Part shown: one piece after another, positions 58,786 to 64,000 of the stretch | Numbering within the stretch: position 1 is the stretch's first letter | Layout of the letters: every line of letters begins with the position of its first letter | Assembly (NCBI RefSeq): GCF_001750685.1 | Contig: NZ_CP017269.1 | Coordinates: forward strand, 1,465,416-1,529,415 | Direction: 5' to 3' | Length of the DNA: 64,000 nucleotides | Source of the DNA: Geosporobacter ferrireducens | GTDB taxonomy: Bacteria > Bacillota > Clostridia > Peptostreptococcales > Thermotaleaceae | Notes under the pieces: model-generated | Database searches by the model: none | The model's input: the letters and a program-made list of their open reading frames with translations, nothing else | Told to the model about the DNA's origin: nothing | Translations under genes and position numbers: made by a program

Positions 58786-59562
58786 ATGGTCATGTCAAAT
58801 TATGTTTTGTCATTAGATAACGCTAGAATAGCTTATGACGTTACTGGGCACGGACCAGCGATCTTGCTAGTTCATGGCATGGGATCAAAGGTGAATAAAA
58901 ACCTATGGAAGGACACTGGCTGGGTAGAAAAACTCACTCCTCATTTCACTGTGATTACAATGGATTTGAGGGGGTTTGGCGAGAGTGATAAATCCCACGA
59001 TCCAGAATTTTACTCAATCAATAATATTATTAATGATATTCATGCAGTTATAAATGCCTGTGGGTTTAAAGAATACCACTATTTTGGACATTCTTATGGG
59101 GCAACAATTGGACTACAGACATGTATTTTAAGTAAACATGTACAAAAGGTCATTTGTGCCGGTACTACATTTGGAGATAGTTTCTTCAAGGAGTCAGTAC
59201 CAAAATGGATTGATGAATATGAAATCTTAAATACTTGCAAGCAAACTAAAACTTATAGTAATCAAGATTTGGCAGAAGAAGATATCGAATGGGTAGAAAA
59301 TACGGATATAGAAATAATAATCGCTCAACTAATGGCTATGAAGTCTTGGAAAGGCATTGATGTTTGTGATATTACTAAAAAATTAGCAGTATATACAGGC
59401 TTCAATGATAATCCTTTGGTTCTGGAAAACTTTGAGCAAAACGAGAATCAACTAAAGCGCAACGAAATCGCTCATAAAATATTTGATAACCTTAACCACA
59501 GCGATCTAGTTAGTAAAGTTGATACTGTCTTACCTTGGGTATTGGAATTTCTCCTTCAATAA
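58786..59562 (+). CDS. alpha/beta-fold hydrolase
   Basis: LLVHGMGS oxyanion motif and nucleophile elbow GHSYG. 258 aa. Confidence 0.8.
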   Translation: MVMSNYVLSLDNARIAYDVTGHGPAILLVHGMGSKVNKNLWKDTGWVEKLTPHFTVITMDLRGFGESDKSHDPEFYSINNIINDIHAVINACGFKEYHYFGHSYGATIGLQTCILSKHVQKVICAGTTFGDSFFKESVPKWIDEYEILNTCKQTKTYSNQDLAEEDIEWVENTDIEIIIAQLMAMKSWKGIDVCDITKKLAVYTGFNDNPLVLENFEQNENQLKRNEIAHKIFDNLNHSDLVSKVDTVLPWVLEFLLQ

Positions 59563-59624
59563 TAACTTGCTGCACTTTTAGCTTAATGAAATATAGCAAG
59601 CATAGCCCCTATAGAAGAATTTAA

Positions 59625-59884
59625 AAATCCAGCGACTGATGTACCCACCACAGGCTGGATTCGTTTCTTTGAAGACTATGGTATCCCATGGCACCAATCA
59701 TCTTGCTTCGATTGGCAAAGCTGTTTCCAATGGCTGTGTCCGTATGTTCAATGAGGATGTGAACTTCATCTATGCTGTGGTAACCATCGGTACTCAGGTT
59801 CGAAGCATTCCTTCTGAGAGAAGCTTCCATACTTATACGGTACAGCCTGGAGATACTATGTATGCCGTAGTCTACAAAATATAA
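59625..59884 (+). pseudogene. 3' two-thirds of the YkuD-LysM paralog (from AAAAATCCAG to the stop), frameshifted relative to the intact copy
   Basis: ...YPPQAGFVSLKTMVSHGTNHLASIGKAVSNGCVRMFNEDVNFIYAVVTIGTQVRSIPSERSFHTYTVQPGDTMYAVVYKI*. Aligns to 33300-33560 with indels. Confidence 0.6.
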
Positions 59885-59886
59885 AA

Positions 59887-59927
59887 AGTAGGCTTTATAC
59901 TTGTGTCAAATATAAAGCCTACTTTTT
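59887..59927 (+). terminator. rho-independent terminator (12-bp stem GTAGGCTTTATA/TATAAAGCCTAC, then TTTTTTA)
   Basis: Seen directly, right after the paralog fragment stop. Confidence 0.6.
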
Positions 59928-60051
59928 TACGCTATACCATTGTTTTGCGATGCCATTAGTAAATTATTCCTGCTCCGATAGTAGGATGGTTTTACATTTT
60001 CTATTGCCAGCAGAACCTTCCCTTGTAACACATAAGCTAAGAACTTCTGTT

Positions 60052-60819
60052 TCACCAAGCGATTTCAAATATAGAATCAATTAGTCTTTTTGTATATTCA
60101 TTTTGCGGATTCTGGATAATTTCGTCTGTGGATCCATCTTCAATCACCTGGCCATTATACATAACCAGTACACGGTCACATACTTCCTGTACCAGTGCTA
60201 TATCATGACTGATGAACAAATAAGCCATCTTCATTTCCTCTTTTAATTCTTTCATAAGTTTTACAATTTGTGCCTGTACGGTAACATCCAATGCACTTGT
60301 TACCTCATCGCAAATTAGCAGCCTTGGCTCTACGGCAATCGCCCGGGCAATGGAGGCTCGCTGACACTCTCCTCCGCTTACCTGATGGGGGTATCGACCA
60401 GCAAATTCCTTTGGTAGCCCACATATCTTTAAATATTCCCCTGCTTTTACCTTTGCTTCGCCTCTTGAAACCCCATGATTGATCATACCTTCCATAATTG
60501 ATTCGCCGAACTTAAGTCTTGGATTAAAAGATTCCACCGGATTTTGAAACACCATCTGGATGGATTTGTATACCTCTCTCAATGTTTTTCCAGACGCATC
60601 AGCAATGTCTTTGCCATTTAAAAAAATCTCACCGGAATCTACGCTTTCCAAGCGGGAAATCATCTTAGCAATGGTACTCTTTCCACAACCACTTTCTCCA
60701 ACCAACCCCACACATTCACCTTCATAAATCTCAAAACTTACATTCTTAACCGCATGAACCTTTCTGTTTCTACCCATATAAGATTTGTTTATCTTCTTTA
60801 CTTCCAAGACTGATTCCAT
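60052..60819 (-). CDS. oligopeptide/nickel ABC transporter ATP-binding protein (OppF/DppF/NikE-like)
   Basis: Walker A GESGCGKST and signature VSGGECQRA. Confidence 0.85.
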   Translation of the reverse strand: MESVLEVKKINKSYMGRNRKVHAVKNVSFEIYEGECVGLVGESGCGKSTIAKMISRLESVDSGEIFLNGKDIADASGKTLREVYKSIQMVFQNPVESFNPRLKFGESIMEGMINHGVSRGEAKVKAGEYLKICGLPKEFAGRYPHQVSGGECQRASIARAIAVEPRLLICDEVTSALDVTVQAQIVKLMKELKEEMKMAYLFISHDIALVQEVCDRVLVMYNGQVIEDGSTDEIIQNPQNEYTKRLIDSIFEIAW

Positions 60820-60822
60820 AAC

Positions 60823-61629
60823 TCATCCCCTTCTGATTTTAGGTACCGCCTGAATCAATCTCTGTGTGTAGGCCTCTTGCGGATTGCTTATGATTTCCTT
60901 TGTGGCTCCGTATTCCAACAGGCGCCCCTGATACATCACAGCCGCTTTATCTGCCATATAGGAAACAAGGCCGATATTATGCGTCACAATTACGATGGCA
61001 GTACCGAATTCATCTCTAAGCTTCATCAATTCCTTCACCACTTGTGCCTGCACGATTACATCCAGGGCAGAGGTAGGTTCATCGGCAAATAACAAGGCAG
61101 GTTTAAGCATCATGGCCATAACAATACCTACCCTCTGATTCATCCCTCCTGATAATTCAAAGGGATAGCTTTCTAATATATTTCTTCCATCAGACAAATT
61201 CATTTTTTCAAAAAGATCAAGTGCCCTATCTATAACTTTTTCCCGGTTTCTTTGATTATGTTGTTCCATCAATTCAAATAACTGATCGCCAATCCTTCGT
61301 ATAGGACACAGGGAGCTGGCACAGTTTTGAAAAACCATGGCGATTTCCGGTCCTCGCATTTTTCGCAGCGCTTCAGGTTTCATATGCAGAAGGCTGTTAC
61401 CCTTGTAAAGAATATCTCCCCCGGTTATTCTCCCCTGATTTCCCAACAAACCCATGGCAGCTTTAATCAAGGTGCTTTTTCCACTTCCCGATTCCCCAAC
61501 GACTCCAAGAATCTCTCCGGGTTTCAGCACTAAATTCACATCATGTACAACTGGTTCACCACCATAGCTAATCTCAACATGGCGCATTTCCAACAGTGAT
61601 TGCTGCATATTCTCATCCTTTTCCTTCAT
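60823..61629 (-). CDS. oligopeptide/nickel ABC transporter ATP-binding protein (OppD/DppD/NikD-like)
   Basis: Walker A GESGSGKST and signature LSGGMNQRV. Confidence 0.85.
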   Translation of the reverse strand: MKEKDENMQQSLLEMRHVEISYGGEPVVHDVNLVLKPGEILGVVGESGSGKSTLIKAAMGLLGNQGRITGGDILYKGNSLLHMKPEALRKMRGPEIAMVFQNCASSLCPIRRIGDQLFELMEQHNQRNREKVIDRALDLFEKMNLSDGRNILESYPFELSGGMNQRVGIVMAMMLKPALLFADEPTSALDVIVQAQVVKELMKLRDEFGTAIVIVTHNIGLVSYMADKAAVMYQGRLLEYGATKEIISNPQEAYTQRLIQAVPKIRRG

Positions 61630-61639
61630 GGCAATCCCG

Positions 61640-63187
61640 TTAATTCTTGTCTAAATCCGCTGTTATTTCATAATAATCCGATGGATGTGCCGTAAAACCT
61701 GTTATTCCCTTCTTCATGACAAATGACATTTTTAAATGAGAAGCATAGATATATGCGTTATCATCCAGTACTTGCTGTACGATTTTTACAGCCAGATTAC
61801 TTCGTTTATTCAAATCAAACTCATTACGAAGCTCCTCCACCCATTTTTCAACCTTATCATTATGGTAATATCCCCTATTGTAGTCAGACCCATCTACCAA
61901 ATGGGTTGTAAAATAATATTGAGGATCCCCCGTAGGGGCAGCAACAAAGGCATTGGCAAACACATCATACTTTCCAGCCTTGAGGAAATCCTTATAACTA
62001 TCTGTTGCATTCACCTTCACCTCGATACCAGCTTTTTTATAGGATGCCTGAACGGATTCAGCCAGCAATGGTAATTCCTGTCGGGATGTATAGGTCAGCC
62101 AGTCAATTGAAAGCTTCTGTCCATTCTTTTCTCTGATCCCATCCCCGTCGGTGTCCACCCATCCTGCAGATTCAAGGACTTCTTTTGCCCCTTCAATATC
62201 ATAGGGGACTTCTTTGACAGCATTCCCTCCGAATTTAAAGTTATCCGGAAAAGGCCCAACAGCAGGAGATCCATTGCCCTGAAGCAATACAGCGGTAAAG
62301 CCCTCCTTATCTGTGCACATAGCCATGGCCTTTCGTACTGCACTGTCTTGAATCATCTTTGAATGATAATTTAGTGCAGCCTGATAGACCCTTGAGGTTT
62401 CTGTAGAACTTATGGTATATCGATCATCATTTTGGAACAATTTAAGACTTGCATAGGGAAGACCCTGGGCTGCATCTATTTCTCCGCTTTGCAGAGCCAT
62501 GGTTAGAGTATCTCCGTCTGAAATACTTTTAATGTTCACCTTATCCACCTTCGGTACGCCATTCCAATATTTGTTGTTGGCTTCCAGATGAATCTCTGTA
62601 TCAGAAACTTTTACTGCTACATAGGGTCCAGTCCCCACCACGTTTTTATCTTCACTTACGCCTGCTTCCATATCAATGATTGCTCCATAAGGGTCAGCCA
62701 AGTAGTTCACAAGCCCAGGAACTTTGTTTTCAGAAACAATCGTTACGCTTTGCCCCTCTGCAGCTATGGATTTTATCTGCAGATCCTTAGGAGCACGGTC
62801 GTGAACAGTTACAAGGTTTTCTAGGCACACTTTCACCGCTTCTCCGGTCATTTTATTCCCATTGGAAAAAAACACATCATCCCTTAAGTTTATTTTAACA
62901 GTATACTCATTTACCTGCTGATAATCCTTTGCAAGCCAAGGTTCCAACTCCATAGAGGCATTGAATTTGAAGAGGGTTTCTCCCACGCCGTAACGAACCG
63001 TCGACCATCCGCTATATCCTTCATGTGGATTTAAACCGGCATTCCCCATGGCAACCCCATAAGCCATGGTTCCATAATTAAATACCTTTTCTGTTGTATC
63101 TGCTTTTGTATTTGTACATCCTGTCATGCTACTAACCACCAATGCCACGGCCAGCAGCATTCCTCCTATTTTTCTATATTGTTTCAT
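61640..63187 (-). CDS. ABC transporter substrate-binding lipoprotein, family 5 (OppA/DppA/NikA-like)
   Basis: Lipobox SSMTGCTNTK. About 500-aa SBP_bac_5 architecture. Confidence 0.85.
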   Translation of the reverse strand: MKQYRKIGGMLLAVALVVSSMTGCTNTKADTTEKVFNYGTMAYGVAMGNAGLNPHEGYSGWSTVRYGVGETLFKFNASMELEPWLAKDYQQVNEYTVKINLRDDVFFSNGNKMTGEAVKVCLENLVTVHDRAPKDLQIKSIAAEGQSVTIVSENKVPGLVNYLADPYGAIIDMEAGVSEDKNVVGTGPYVAVKVSDTEIHLEANNKYWNGVPKVDKVNIKSISDGDTLTMALQSGEIDAAQGLPYASLKLFQNDDRYTISSTETSRVYQAALNYHSKMIQDSAVRKAMAMCTDKEGFTAVLLQGNGSPAVGPFPDNFKFGGNAVKEVPYDIEGAKEVLESAGWVDTDGDGIREKNGQKLSIDWLTYTSRQELPLLAESVQASYKKAGIEVKVNATDSYKDFLKAGKYDVFANAFVAAPTGDPQYYFTTHLVDGSDYNRGYYHNDKVEKWVEELRNEFDLNKRSNLAVKIVQQVLDDNAYIYASHLKMSFVMKKGITGFTAHPSDYYEITADLDKN

Positions 63188-64000
63188 TTCCCTTCCCCCT
63201 TCTTTGAATGATTCTAGGATCTAACAGATCCCGTACAGTGTCCCCAAATAGGTTAAACAGCATCACCGATATAAAAATTGCACAACCGGGAGCTAAAATT
63301 ACCCAGGGTGACGTTTGAAGCATACTCCTGCCATTACTCATCATGGAACCCCATTCAGCAGTGGGAGGCATTGCTCCTAAACCTAAAAAGGAAAGTCCTG
63401 CCAATTCCATGATCATTGTCCCAATATCAAGGGTGGCAGTTACCAGAATGGTTCCTATAATATTCGGTATAATATGTTTGAAAATAACCTTTAATGTTCC
63501 CGAGCCGCTCATTTTAGCGGCTGCAATATATGGCATGGTTTTAACAGATAATACCTGTCCTCTTGCCAGCCTTGCGTATTTTGGCCAAGATATGCAGGCC
63601 AAAGCTATCACCGCGTTCATGATTCCTCCGCCAAGGACCCCGGCAACTGCTATGGCGAAAACCATTCCTGGAAAGGCCAGGAAAACATCGGAAACTCTCA
63701 TAATGAAGGTATCGATTTTCCCCCCTATATATCCGCAAACCACACCGATCCATGTCCCTATGATCGAAATGATGCCTACCAGCAATAGGGAAGTAAAAAT
63801 TGTGGACTGCGCCCCCATCATGACACGGGACAGCATATCTCTTCCATAACGGTCTGTCCCCAGCCAATGAGCACTGCTTGGAGGCTGTAGTGCCTTTGAT
63901 AAATCCTGAGCATATGGATCAAAGGGTACTAACCGATGGGCAAAAGCTGCTATCAGCAATAATCCTCCTACCAATGTCAAAAGAACATAAAATTTTATAA
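63174..64000 (-). CDS. ABC transporter permease (OppC/DppC/NikC-like), N-terminus runs past the window end
   Basis: Motifs LGTDRYGRDMLSR and the EAA-loop region. The reading frame stays open upstream of the track start (a TTG at 63980) to the right edge. Confidence 0.75.
   Translation of the reverse strand, partial: IKFYVLLTLVGGLLLIAAFAHRLVPFDPYAQDLSKALQPPSSAHWLGTDRYGRDMLSRVMMGAQSTIFTSLLLVGIISIIGTWIGVVCGYIGGKIDTFIMRVSDVFLAFPGMVFAIAVAGVLGGGIMNAVIALACISWPKYARLARGQVLSVKTMPYIAAAKMSGSGTLKVIFKHIIPNIIGTILVTATLDIGTMIMELAGLSFLGLGAMPPTAEWGSMMSNGRSMLQTSPWVILAPGCAIFISVMLFNLFGDTVRDLLDPRIIQRRGKGNETI

Noticed and set aside
57898-59624. Interpreting AAAATCCAG as a clean 9-bp target-site duplication of a classical IS
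   Set aside because: Kept only as a hypothesis. The insert has no terminal inverted repeats or transposase. The duplicated stretch is really about 21 bp with mismatches, so an old event or independent partial copies cannot be excluded.
59621-59830. 69-aa minus-strand ORF
   Set aside because: Antisense to the YkuD-LysM paralog fragment, whose sense strand aligns codon by codon with the intact gene.
63343-63849. 168-aa + strand ORF and 108-aa - strand ORF inside the Opp/Nik permease gene
   Set aside because: Antisense or out-of-frame within a strongly supported permease CDS. Both are shadow ORFs.
1-64000. CRISPR arrays, rRNA genes and canonical tRNA genes
   Set aside because: No spaced direct repeats of CRISPR type. 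No 16S/23S/5S signature stretches. The only tRNA-like sequences, at 32.8-33.0 kb, fail to fold.

Overview
This 64-kb window is low-GC (about one third GC) and looks like an anaerobic Firmicutes/Clostridia-type chromosome, dense with genes on both strands. Almost everything below is inferred from motifs I recognise in the translated ORFs; I could not run any search.

Ordinary content:
- A TRAP transporter operon (dctM-dctP-dctQ order) with an FAD-dependent oxidoreductase, and a divergent LysR regulator.
- ybaK, ilvE, and a TetR-controlled radical-SAM gene.
- A sulfur/selenium relay island: split YeeE/YedE transporter, two TusA-like genes, a thioredoxin-reductase fusion, a LysR regulator and two double-rhodanese lipoproteins.
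- An Fnr/Crp regulator, a YczE-like membrane protein and a HAD hydrolase.
- A complete [NiFe]-hydrogenase locus: small and large subunits, maturation protease, a HypA-like gene, hypF, hypC, hypD, hypE and a cytochrome b5-like gene. No hypB was seen.
- A threonine synthase-like gene and a RidA gene broken by an in-frame TGA.
- A PotABCD-like ABC importer with an alkaline-phosphatase-family enzyme and a DeoR regulator.
- An Opp/Nik-type peptide or nickel ABC transporter that runs off the right edge.

Accessory and unusual content:
- An IS110-family insertion sequence (1.9-3.2 kb) beside an XRE/DUF2975 pair.
- A GC-rich degraded mobile-element remnant (9.6-12.9 kb) carrying an IS3 transposase fragment, a Tn1549/CTn-type XRE regulator with a nonsense codon, two strongly structured GC-rich non-coding blocks and a cargo lipoprotein.
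- A four-gene cluster (21.3-26.2 kb): a WecE-like dTDP-4-amino-4,6-dideoxyhexose transaminase, a GT2 polyprenol-phosphate glycosyltransferase, an ATP-grasp ligase and a PMT/ArnT-type GT-C transferase. It looks like an undescribed aminosugar surface-modification pathway.
- Two tandem WYL-domain regulators (29.2-31.4 kb) behind a 900-bp non-coding leader containing a GC-rich structured element. They are followed by an SPFH protein and degenerate tRNA-like debris.
- A MITE-like 266-bp element with 18-bp terminal inverted repeats (58.3-58.5 kb), and a related solo end at 28.7 kb.
- A dispersed repeat family made of the leader and fragments of a small L,D-transpeptidase (YkuD-LysM) gene. The single intact copy is at 33.2 kb. 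Partial copies sit at 44.6, 46.6, 57.6 and 59.6 kb, in arrangements that suggest integration or insertion events.
- A three-GAF-domain protein co-transcribed with a DUF342/FapA protein.

No rRNA, CRISPR array or canonical tRNA could be supported.
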